This document shows positions 19,809-27,554 of a DNA stretch of 64,000 nt, in pieces (the first letter of the stretch is position 1; every line of letters begins with the position of its first letter). The notes below the pieces were generated by a model, which ran no database searches, was not told the origin of the DNA, and was given only the letters and a program-made list of their open reading frames with translations. Origin of the DNA: Nocardioides sp. (lineage in GTDB: Bacteria; Actinomycetota; Actinomycetes; Propionibacteriales; Nocardioidaceae); NCBI RefSeq assembly GCF_031397825.1, contig NZ_JANNML010000056.1:5225-69224 (forward strand). The letters run 5' to 3'. The position numbers were made by a program, and so were the translations under genes.

Positions 19809-20203
19809 TGACCGATCCCGCCACGGCCACCCTCACCTTCGTCGTCGGCGAGGCCGACACCGCGCTCGCCGTGGGGTCGGGCTCGCTGCCCGTCCTGGGC
19901 ACCCCGCGCCTCCTGGCCTGGCTGGAGGCGGCGACCTGTGCGGCGATCGAGTCTGCGCTCCCCGAGGGTTCGACCAGCGTCGGCACGCGCATGACGCTGG
20001 AGCACCTCGTCGCGAGCCCCGTGGGCCAGGAGGTGGAGGTGACCGCCTCGTCGTCGTACGTCGACGGACGGCTGCACCGTTTCACCGTGGCCGCGCGGCA
20101 CGTGAGCGGCGGTGCCGCGGGGAAGGTCGTCGGCACCGGTGAGGTGACGCGGGTCGTGGTCGACGCCGAGAGGTTCCTGGGGCGGATTTCGCCTCCGTCG
20201 TGA
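19808..20203 (+). CDS. Hotdog-fold thioesterase (FlK-like family)
   Basis: 131 aa; the pattern GSGSLPVLGTPRLLAWLEAA...GTRMTLEHLVASPVG is typical of small acyl-CoA thioesterases. TGATG overlap with the GNAT gene. Confidence 0.7.
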   Translation: MTDPATATLTFVVGEADTALAVGSGSLPVLGTPRLLAWLEAATCAAIESALPEGSTSVGTRMTLEHLVASPVGQEVEVTASSSYVDGRLHRFTVAARHVSGGAAGKVVGTGEVTRVVVDAERFLGRISPPS

Positions 20204-20264
20204 AGTTTGGGAGACTGTGGTCTGAATGGCCCTCGATGGGTCGCTGAGATTCCAGGAGGACACC

Positions 20265-20339
20265 ATGGGCAAGACCGGACGCAAGCGCCGCGCTCGCAAG
20301 AAGAAGGCCGCCAACCACGGCAAGCGCCCCAACGCCTGA
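20265..20339 (+). CDS. 24-aa basic micro-protein MGKTGRKRRARKKKAANHGKRPNA, probable ribosomal protein bL37
   Basis: Not in the ORF track because it is too short. AGGAGGA RBS at 20254-60, 4 nt before the ATG. The ...ANHGKRPN. tail matches my recollection of actinobacterial bL37. A strong hairpin follows the gene. Confidence 0.7.
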   Translation: MGKTGRKRRARKKKAANHGKRPNA

Positions 20340-20366
20340 GCACACGCTCGGCAGTTGATGCACTGG

Positions 20367-20391
20367 ACCCCCGCCCCTCAGGGCCGGGGGT
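20367..20391 (+). terminator. Hairpin ACCCCCGCCCC-TCA-GGGCCGGGGGT downstream of the micro-ORF
   Basis: Stem of 10/11 bp with a 3-nt loop, extendable by flanking TGATGCA/TGCATTG pairing. Confidence 0.6.
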
Positions 20392-20406
20392 TCGTTGCAT
20401 TGAGGG

Positions 20407-20898
20407 GTGCGGGTCGCCGCGGGTGTGGGGCAGGCTGACCCGGTGACGTCCTCCCCGCTGCCGGTCCTCGTCGCCGCCGGTGTGCTCGTGCGCCGCGACG
20501 ACCTCCTGCTGCTGCAGCGCCGGGGTGACGACGGCACCTGGGGTGTCCCCGGCGGCGCGCTGGAGCCCGGCGAGACCCTGGAGCAGACGGCGCGACGCGA
20601 GCTGCTCGAGGAGACCGGGCTCACGGCCGGTGGCCTGACCCTGCTGGACACCTACTCCGGGCCGGAGTTCCGGGTGCGCTACCCGGACGGTTTCGAGGCC
20701 TACGTCGTCGGCGCGACCTTCGAGACCACCGAGGTCACCGGAACGCTGGTGGTCGACGGCGAGGAGACCCTGGAGCTCGGGTGGTTCCCCGTCTCATCAC
20801 TGCCGGTGACCACGAGCGCCTACACGCGCGCGCTGCTGGCGCGGGTCGGCATCAGCTCGCCGCCGGTGACCTCCGAGGGGCCGGGTCCCGTCGAGTGA
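20407..20898 (+). CDS. NUDIX hydrolase
   Basis: Nudix box GGALEPGETLEQTARRELLEETG. Start at GTG 20407 or GTG 20443. Confidence 0.9.
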   Translation: MRVAAGVGQADPVTSSPLPVLVAAGVLVRRDDLLLLQRRGDDGTWGVPGGALEPGETLEQTARRELLEETGLTAGGLTLLDTYSGPEFRVRYPDGFEAYVVGATFETTEVTGTLVVDGEETLELGWFPVSSLPVTTSAYTRALLARVGISSPPVTSEGPGPVE

Positions 20899-21079
20899 CT
20901 CACTCGATGCTCACCCGAGACGTCGCGGCCGCCGCAGCAGCTCGCCGGCGCAGGTGGGGCGGATCTCCAGCACCGTCCCAGGGTGGCGCCGTCGACGACC
21001 TGTCACCAGCAGGATCGCTGCTCTCCGCCCGCGAGATCCGGCCCAGTTGCCGGCGGGCGCGCCACGGCGCCGCGCTCGG

Positions 21080-21128
21080 GTCGTGTGCCGCACGACGCGC
21101 CAGGCCGCCGTCTCCGACACACGACCCC
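21080..21128 (+). repeat. Copy 1 of a 49-nt direct repeat (GTCGTGTGCCGCACGACGCGCCAGGCCGCCGTCTCCGACACACGACCCC)
   Basis: Read directly; 48/49 identical to copy 2, which lies 83 bp downstream. Confidence 0.95.
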
Positions 21129-21162
21129 GGGAGGGCCTAGGACCCATAGGAGCGACGCGCCA

Positions 21163-21211
21163 GTCGTGTGCCGCACGACGCGCCAGGCCGCCGTCTCCGG
21201 CACACGACCCC
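21163..21211 (+). repeat. Copy 2 of the 49-nt direct repeat (single A->G difference)
   Basis: Read directly. It ends 16 nt before the ATG of the second Nudix gene. A TAGCGT -10-like hexamer lies at 21216-21. Confidence 0.95.
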
Positions 21212-21227
21212 CGGCTAGCGTGCACCC

Positions 21228-21716
21228 ATGCCCCAGCCCGTACGACGGTTCGCCGGCGTCGTCGCGCGCCACGGGGGTCGCGTGGCGCTCGTCCTGGAGC
21301 ACCAGTCGCGGTGGGAGCGGGCGCACTGGACGGTCCCCAGCGGAGAGGTCGAGCCCCACGAGACTCCTGAGCAGGGCGCGGCTCGTGAGCTGGCCGAGGA
21401 GACCGGTCTGGTGGTGGCTCACGACGAGCTCCGGCTGGTCAGCACCTCGGAGACGTCGAGCACCAGCTGGGTGTCCCGGGCGTGGAACTTCACCGCCGAG
21501 GTCGAGGACCCCAGGCTGTGCGTCGACGACCCGGACCGCCAGGTGCACGAGGCGCGCTGGTTCACGCCCCACGAGGCGATCACCCTGCTCGCGTCACTGC
21601 CCTACGCGCCGATGGCCGAGCCGATCCTGGCCCACCTGCGTTGGGGAGCACGACACGGTGCGGCACTGGGCCTACGCGCTCTGACCGGGACGGTTGCTGC
21701 GATCAGCTCTCGGTGA
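21228..21716 (+). CDS. NUDIX hydrolase (second copy)
   Basis: Nudix box SGEVEPHETPEQGAARELAEETG. Confidence 0.9.
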   Translation: MPQPVRRFAGVVARHGGRVALVLEHQSRWERAHWTVPSGEVEPHETPEQGAARELAEETGLVVAHDELRLVSTSETSSTSWVSRAWNFTAEVEDPRLCVDDPDRQVHEARWFTPHEAITLLASLPYAPMAEPILAHLRWGARHGAALGLRALTGTVAAISSR

Positions 21717-21987
21717 TCTGGACCTGCACGGCTCGCAGCTTGAAGAGCACCCGCTCACGCAGGTCGCTCGGCGCGGTCTCCGAGCACGAGCGCGCGACGA
21801 CGGACTTCACCGTGCGCTGCAGGTCGTACTTGACCAGGCAGGGGTTGCAGGTGTCGAGGTGGAGCTGCACGGCGGCACAGTCGGCCTCGTCGAGCTCGTT
21901 GTCGATGAAGTAGACGATGCGCTCGAGGTAGTCGACGCACTCCTCCTTCGACATCTCGCCGTGGGTGTGGTCCTGGCCGTGGCTCAT
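21703..21987 (-). CDS. rshA: Redox-sensing zinc anti-sigma factor (ZAS) RshA/RsrA
   Basis: 94 aa. The C..H...C..C signature (ECVDYL...[26 protein letters not shown]) is collinear with RsrA/RshA. ATGA overlap with sigH. Confidence 0.9.
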   Translation of the reverse strand: MSHGQDHTHGEMSKEECVDYLERIVYFIDNELDEADCAAVQLHLDTCNPCLVKYDLQRTVKSVVARSCSETAPSDLRERVLFKLRAVQVQITES

Positions 21988-22646
21988 GACGCGCCTCCCT
22001 CGGTGCCGACCCGGAGCAGGTCGTTGCTGCGGACGTAGTCGGAGAGCATGTCGCGCAGCTGGCGGCGACCGCGGTGCAGCCGCGACATCACCGTGCCGAT
22101 GGGGGTGTCCATGATCTCGGCGATCTCCTTGTAGGCGAAGCCCTCGACGTCGGCGAGGTAGACCGCGAGGCGGAACTCCTCGGGCAGGCGCTGGAGCGCG
22201 TCCTTGACCTGCGAGTCGGGCAGGTGCTCGAGCGCCTCCATCTCGGCGGACTTCAGCCCGGTCGAGGTGTGCGACTCGGCACGCGCCAGCTGCCAGTCCT
22301 CGACGTCCTCGGACATCGACTGCTGCGGCTGGCGCTGCTTCTTGCGGTAGGTGTTGATGAACGTGTTGGTGAGGATCCGGTAGAGCCACGCCTTGAGGTT
22401 GGTGCCGGGGCGGAACTGGTGGAACGAGGAGTAGGCCTTGGCGAACGTCTCCTGCACCAGGTCCTCGGCGTCGGCGGGGTTGCGGGTCATCCGCATCGCG
22501 GCCGAGTAGAGCTGGTCGAGGAAGGGCAGGGCGTCCCGCTCGAAGCGCGCGCCGCGGTCGGCCTCGGTCTCCGTGGCCACGTCGATGTCGAGGTCCGGGT
22601 GCGGGGCTGCGAGGTCGACGTCAGGGTCGACAGGAGTGTCAGTCAT
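21984..22646 (-). CDS. sigH: ECF sigma factor SigH/SigR
   Basis: Region 2 ([40 protein letters not shown]) and region 4 ([30 protein letters not shown]). An in-frame upstream ATG at 22703 would add 19 residues (possible long isoform). Confidence 0.9.
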   Translation of the reverse strand: MTDTPVDPDVDLAAPHPDLDIDVATETEADRGARFERDALPFLDQLYSAAMRMTRNPADAEDLVQETFAKAYSSFHQFRPGTNLKAWLYRILTNTFINTYRKKQRQPQQSMSEDVEDWQLARAESHTSTGLKSAEMEALEHLPDSQVKDALQRLPEEFRLAVYLADVEGFAYKEIAEIMDTPIGTVMSRLHRGRRQLRDMLSDYVRSNDLLRVGTEGGAS

Positions 22647-22712
22647 CGCCCCCCAGCCTAGCGGGGACGTGACCACGGGCGGTCGTTCCAGCAAGTCCAT
22701 CACGTCAGGCAG

Positions 22713-22738
22713 AACACGTCATCGCGCAGATGAATTCC
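22713..22738 (-). promoter_or_regulatory. SigH/SigR-dependent promoter GGAAT-N18-GTT
   Basis: The minus strand reads GGAAT TCATCTGCGCGATGACGT GTT, a perfect match to the published SigR/SigH consensus. The GTT ends 9 nt upstream of the ATG at 22703. Confidence 0.75.
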
Positions 22739-23366
22739 CGGTGACCTCTCGCACGATCCACTCCAGCGTCGCCTCGACGACGATCCCCATCGCCTCCTCC
22801 TGGCTGATCTCGGCCCGAGCGAGGACCTTCAGGCCGTGGTCAGCGGCCGGCACCACGCAGAGCTCCGTGCTGCTCGGGAACTCGTCAGGACCGCCCATCG
22901 CGTCCCGCTCCCCCTGGATCACGAGGGTCGGCAGCCGCGAGGCACGCAGCTCCTCGACGCGGCTCTTCTCGGGACGTCCCGGCGGGTGCAGGGGGAAGGA
23001 CAGGGCCAGGCAGCCGACGGCGCCCAGCAGGTGCGCCGTGCGTACGGCGGAGCGCGCGCCGGCCGAGCGCCCACCGACGACCAGGGGCACCCGTCCGCGC
23101 AGGTTGTCGGCCGCCGATCGCAGGCCGGCGTCGAGCGTGGCCGGTGGCGTGGCGATCTTGCGACCGGCCCGACGCCAGGGCTGCTCGAAGCGGACGACCG
23201 TGATGCCGTGACGCGGCAGGTGTCGCGCCAGCGCCTCGAGGTCTCGCGACTCGATGCCACCACCGGCACCGTGGCTCACCAGCAGCGTGGCCAGCGTGTG
23301 GCGAGCCCGGTCCGTGACCAGCCTCCCCTCGCCGTGGGGGGTGGGGATGATCCGCTCGGTGCTCAC
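22719..23366 (-). CDS. Alpha/beta hydrolase (dienelactone hydrolase / KANL3-Tex30-like)
   Basis: HGAGGG oxyanion region, GGRSAGAR nucleophile elbow, and a late ADH. GTG start at 23366 in a GTGA overlap with the upstream SRAP gene. Confidence 0.75.
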   Translation of the reverse strand: MSTERIIPTPHGEGRLVTDRARHTLATLLVSHGAGGGIESRDLEALARHLPRHGITVVRFEQPWRRAGRKIATPPATLDAGLRSAADNLRGRVPLVVGGRSAGARSAVRTAHLLGAVGCLALSFPLHPPGRPEKSRVEELRASRLPTLVIQGERDAMGGPDEFPSSTELCVVPAADHGLKVLARAEISQEEAMGIVVEATLEWIVREVTGNSSAR

Positions 23367-24127
23367 CCGAGGACCTCGCCGTCCACCTCGTCGAGCGGCA
23401 GGGGTTCGATCAGCTCGGGGCCGTTGTTGCGGACGTTGGAGACGAGCGTGGACACGGGGTAGGCCTCCAGGTTGCCGGGTGCTGCGGGGACGAGCAGGTC
23501 GAGCAGCGAGCCCTGCGGCGCGGTCGGGTCGAGCCAGGCCGACCACCGGTCCGGCTCGACCATCAGCGGCATCCGGTCGTGGATGTGGCCCACCGCGTCC
23601 TCGGCCTGTGTCGTGAGGACCGTGCACGTCCACCGGAAGCGCTCGGGGTCGTCGTCCGCGCGGGTCGGGTCGCGCCAGATCTCGTAGAGACCCGCCATGG
23701 CCAGCGTCGCGTGGTCCTGCGGCCGGATGAAGAAGGGCTGCTTGCGCGGCTTGCCGGCCTTGGTCAGCTGCGAGGTGGGGTACCACTCGAAGTAGCCGTC
23801 GGCCGGGAGCAGGCACCGGCGCTTGGCGAACGCCCGCTTGTAGGCCGGTTTCTCGGCCACCGTCTCCATGCGCGCGTTGATCATCTTGTTGCCGATGGAC
23901 GGGTCCTTGGCCCAGGAGGGCACCAGCCCCCAGCGCAGCACCCGCAGCTGACGCTCCGGGGGCTCCTCGCTCTGCTTCGACGGAGGTCGCTCCAGCACGG
24001 CGTAGACCTCCTTGGTCGGAGCCACGTTGAAGTCCGGCGCCAGCGGGGTGTCGACCCGGCTCTGGGCGATCTCGAACTCCTCGACCAGGTCCTCAGGTCG
24101 GCGGCTGGAGGCGTAGCGACCACACAT
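23363..24127 (-). CDS. SOS response-associated peptidase (SRAP / YedK-HMCES family)
   Basis: Diagnostic N-terminus MCGRY (catalytic Cys2), plus FNVAPT and RMETV..KPAYKRAF motifs. Confidence 0.9.
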   Translation of the reverse strand: MCGRYASSRRPEDLVEEFEIAQSRVDTPLAPDFNVAPTKEVYAVLERPPSKQSEEPPERQLRVLRWGLVPSWAKDPSIGNKMINARMETVAEKPAYKRAFAKRRCLLPADGYFEWYPTSQLTKAGKPRKQPFFIRPQDHATLAMAGLYEIWRDPTRADDDPERFRWTCTVLTTQAEDAVGHIHDRMPLMVEPDRWSAWLDPTAPQGSLLDLLVPAAPGNLEAYPVSTLVSNVRNNGPELIEPLPLDEVDGEVLG

Positions 24128-24235
24128 GCCAGCAATCTAGTGCCCCTGACGCCCCCTGCGCCGCGCCTGGTCGGCCGTCGTGGTCTCACCCCCTCAGGTG
24201 GGTGTGGGTGCCGGGACGTCGGGTAGGAATGAGGC

Positions 24236-24766
24236 ATGACCGTCAGCCGACTCATCGCCCGTCCCATGCTCGCCTCGATCTTCGTCGTCGGAGGCGTCGC
24301 CGCGCTCCGCAACGCTCCGGCCCTGGCCTCGAAGGCCGCGCCGGTCACCGACAAGATTGTGCCGGCGGCCAAGAAGGCGGCGCCGTCGCTGCCGCTGACC
24401 GAGGACCCCGCCACCCTGGTGCGCATCAACGCGGTCGCCCAGATCGTCGCCGCCGGCGCCCTCGCGACCGGCCGGGCGCCGCGTCTCTCCGCCGCGGTCC
24501 TGGCAGCCTCGCTGGTGCCCACCACCGTCGCCGGCCACCGCTTCTGGGAGGTCGACGACGCCCAGACCAAGAGCCAGCAGCAGCTGCACTTCTTCAAGAA
24601 CGTCTCGATCGTGGGCGGGCTCGTGATCGCCGCCGGCGACACCGACGGCAAGCCGGGCGTGGCCTGGCGGGCACGGCGGGCCGCCAAGGACGCCCGGCGT
24701 GAGGCCAAGCACCTGGCCGGCTCTGCGCGCCGCGAGGCCAAGCTGGCGAAGGCGCAGCTCTCCTGA
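24236..24766 (+). CDS. DoxX family membrane protein with a basic C-terminal tail
   Basis: RPMLASIFVVGG...HRFWE...FKNVSIVGGL pattern of DoxX. Confidence 0.8.
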   Translation: MTVSRLIARPMLASIFVVGGVAALRNAPALASKAAPVTDKIVPAAKKAAPSLPLTEDPATLVRINAVAQIVAAGALATGRAPRLSAAVLAASLVPTTVAGHRFWEVDDAQTKSQQQLHFFKNVSIVGGLVIAAGDTDGKPGVAWRARRAAKDARREAKHLAGSARREAKLAKAQLS

Positions 24767-24787
24767 GCACGCCCTAGAGTTCGGGCT

Positions 24788-26056
24788 GTGACCGTCGCCG
24801 ACCCGTGGCCCGCCCCGCGCTGCACCGAGCCCGTGGAGGCCGTCGTCTCCCTGCCCGGCAGCAAGTCGCTCACCAACCGTGCGCTCGTCCTGGCATCGAT
24901 CGCCGACCGGCCCTCCGTCGTACGCCGTGCCCTGCGGTCGCGGGACACCTCGCTCATGGCGTCGGCCCTGACCGCCCTGGGGTCGTCGGTCGACACCTCG
25001 ACCGACGACTGGGTGGTCACGCCGGGCCCCTTCACCCGTGACGCGGCCGTCGACTGCGGGCTCGCGGGCACCGTCATGCGCTTCGTGCCTCCCGTGGCGG
25101 GGCTCGCCAACGGCAGGGTGAGCTTCGACGGCGACCCCCACATGCGCAGGCGGCCGGTCGGCGAGGTCCTCAACGCCCTCACCACGCTGGGCATCCGCGT
25201 CGAGGACGAGGGTCGTGGAGCGCTGCCCTTCGCCCTCCACGGCGACGGCCACGTCAAGGGCGGGACCGTGGTGGTCGACGCCTCCGCCTCGTCCCAGTTC
25301 ATCTCGGCACTGCTGCTCGCGGGCGCACGCTACGAGCACGGCGTCGACGTCCGCCACGACGGCAAGCCGGTGCCGTCCCTGCCCCACATCGACATGACGG
25401 TCGCGATGCTGCGCCAGCACGGCGTGGAGGTCGACGACAGCGACGCCGACCGCTGGACGGTGGCCCCGGGCCCGGTCCACGGCGTCGACCACCTGATCGA
25501 GCCCGACCTGTCCAACGCCGCGCCGTTCCTGGGGCTGGCCGCACTGTCGGGGGGCTCGGTGACGGTGCGCGACTGGCCCCGCGAGACCACCCAGGCCGGG
25601 GACGCGCTGCGCGAGATCCTCACGCTCATGGGCTGCACGGTCGACTTCGTCCCCGACGGCCTGCGGGTCACCGGTCCGACCGAGCTCCAGGGCATCGACC
25701 ACGACCTCCACGACGTCGGTGAGCTGGCCCCGGCGGTCGCCGCCCTGTGCGCCCTGGCGACCACGCCGTCGCACCTGCGCGGCATCGCGCACATCCGCGG
25801 CCACGAGACCGACCGGCTCGCCGCGCTCGCCGCCGAGCTCAACGCCCTCGGCGCCGACGTCACCGAGCACCCCGACGGCCTGTCGATCACTCCGGCGCCC
25901 CTCCACGGCGGGGTGTTCCACACCTACGCCGACCACCGCATGGCCCACGCCGGCGTGCTAGTCGCGGCCGCGGTCGACGGAGTCCTGGTCGAGGACGTCG
26001 CGACCACGAGCAAGACCTTCCCGGACTTCGCCGACTTCTGGGCGAGCCTGCTGTGA
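24788..26056 (+). CDS. aroA: 3-phosphoshikimate 1-carboxyvinyltransferase (EPSP synthase)
   Basis: [12 protein letters not shown] motif, length 422 aa, GTG start. The aroA-rsgA order matches mycobacteria. Confidence 0.95.
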   Translation: MTVADPWPAPRCTEPVEAVVSLPGSKSLTNRALVLASIADRPSVVRRALRSRDTSLMASALTALGSSVDTSTDDWVVTPGPFTRDAAVDCGLAGTVMRFVPPVAGLANGRVSFDGDPHMRRRPVGEVLNALTTLGIRVEDEGRGALPFALHGDGHVKGGTVVVDASASSQFISALLLAGARYEHGVDVRHDGKPVPSLPHIDMTVAMLRQHGVEVDDSDADRWTVAPGPVHGVDHLIEPDLSNAAPFLGLAALSGGSVTVRDWPRETTQAGDALREILTLMGCTVDFVPDGLRVTGPTELQGIDHDLHDVGELAPAVAALCALATTPSHLRGIAHIRGHETDRLAALAAELNALGADVTEHPDGLSITPAPLHGGVFHTYADHRMAHAGVLVAAAVDGVLVEDVATTSKTFPDFADFWASLL

Positions 26057-26066
26057 GCGGCCTGCC

Positions 26067-27065
26067 GTGAACCGCGTCCGGGGTCGCTACGACGAGTTCG
26101 ACCACGAGCACTACGAGCGACCCCGCCGCCGCACCCGCCCCCGCACCAAGGAGCGCCCGACCTACGACGACGCCGTCGACGGGGTCGTCGTCACCGTCGA
26201 CCGCGGCCGTTACACGTTGCTCGTCGACGGGCGCAAGGTCATGGCGATGAAGGCCCGCCCCCTGGGCCGCAAGGGCGTCGTCGTGGGTGACCGGGTGCGG
26301 GTCGTCGGCGACGTCTCCGGCGACGACGGTGCGCTGAGCCGCATCGTCGAGGTGACCGAGCGGGTCACCACCCTGCGTCGCACCGCCGACGACGACGACC
26401 CGGTCGAGCGCATCATCGTGGCCAACGCCGAGCAGCTGGTCATCGTCACGGCCCTCGCCGATCCCGAGCCCCAGCCGCGTCTCATCGACCGGGCGCTCGT
26501 GGCGGCCTTCGTCTCCGGCATGCAGCCGCTGCTCTGCCTGACCAAGGCCGACCTCGCCGATCCCGAGACGCTGCTCTCGACCTACCGGTCCCTGGGCGTG
26601 CACTGGGTCGTCACCCAGCGCGGTGGCGAGCTCGAGGCGGTGCGTGAGCGCCTCAGCGGCAAGACCAGCGTGCTGATCGGCTCCAGCGGGGTCGGCAAGT
26701 CCACCCTGGTCAACGCCCTGGTGCCCGACGCGCACCGCGACGTCGGTGTCGTCAACGCGGTCACCGGGCGCGGTCGGCACACCTCGACGTCGGCCTACAT
26801 GCTCGAGCTGCCCGGGGGCGACGGTTGGATCATCGACACCCCCGGCATCCGCTCCTTCGGGCTCGCGCACGTGCGCCCCGAGGACCTCATCGAGGCCTTC
26901 CCCGACCTCGACGAGATGACGGAGGAGTGCCCGCGCGGCTGCACCCACGGCACCGACGAGCCCGAGTGCGGGCTCGACATCGCGGTGGCAGCCAGCAACA
27001 CCGACCCGGAGCGGGTGGAGTCGTTCCGCCGGCTGCTCACCGCGCGGAGCATCTCCGACTACTGA
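26067..27065 (+). CDS. rsgA: Ribosome small-subunit-dependent GTPase A
   Basis: Circularly permuted GTPase motifs (LTKADL, GSSGVGKSTLVNAL, DTPGIRSF) and a C-terminal zinc knuckle CPRGCTHGTDEPEC. Confidence 0.95.
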   Translation: MNRVRGRYDEFDHEHYERPRRRTRPRTKERPTYDDAVDGVVVTVDRGRYTLLVDGRKVMAMKARPLGRKGVVVGDRVRVVGDVSGDDGALSRIVEVTERVTTLRRTADDDDPVERIIVANAEQLVIVTALADPEPQPRLIDRALVAAFVSGMQPLLCLTKADLADPETLLSTYRSLGVHWVVTQRGGELEAVRERLSGKTSVLIGSSGVGKSTLVNALVPDAHRDVGVVNAVTGRGRHTSTSAYMLELPGGDGWIIDTPGIRSFGLAHVRPEDLIEAFPDLDEMTEECPRGCTHGTDEPECGLDIAVAASNTDPERVESFRRLLTARSISDY

Positions 27066-27068
27066 TCG

Positions 27069-27518
27069 TCAGCCGTTGGTGCCGTACCACGCGATCTGCG
27101 CCCCCGCGTCGCCCGTGAGCACGACGTAGACGAGGGTGAGGATCGCGCTCGCACCGAGCAACAGGCGCAGCACGGTGCGCAGGACCCCGGTGCGGGTGTG
27201 CCACCACGCCGCGGCGAACGAGGCGATCGCGAAGGTGGTCATCGAGAGGCGCAGGACCTCGGCGCGCTCCTCGTGCACCTCGAGCAGGGGCTCCAGCGGG
27301 CCGCCGTAGGTGTTGGCCTCCTCGACCTGCTCACCGGAGAGGTAGGCGACCCAGATGGACACCAGCGCGACGGCCGCGAGGCCCACGAGCGGCCAGCGCA
27401 ACCAGTCGCGCCAGCGCGGGACGGCGGCGTGGAGGAGGCCGGCGAGGGCGGCCAGGGGACCGAGGACGACGGCGGCATGGACCACCAGGGCATGAAGGGG
27501 CAGACCGTTGATCTCCAT
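27069..27518 (-). CDS. DUF2231-like integral membrane protein
   Basis: Start at MEINGLPLHALVVHAAVVL; four TM segments. The rest of the 449-aa ORF is shadow of hisN. Confidence 0.7.
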   Translation of the reverse strand: MEINGLPLHALVVHAAVVLGPLAALAGLLHAAVPRWRDWLRWPLVGLAAVALVSIWVAYLSGEQVEEANTYGGPLEPLLEVHEERAEVLRLSMTTFAIASFAAAWWHTRTGVLRTVLRLLLGASAILTLVYVVLTGDAGAQIAWYGTNG

Positions 27519-27554
27519 GCGGAAAAACCTAGGGGACGCACATGAAAGTAGCCT

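Noticed and set aside
24225-24229. Additional GGAAT/GGAAC pentamers (2475, 24225, 29896, 43214, 58045, 62688) considered as extra SigH/SigR promoters.
   Set aside because: None has GTT at the required 17-19 nt spacing in the orientation of a downstream gene.
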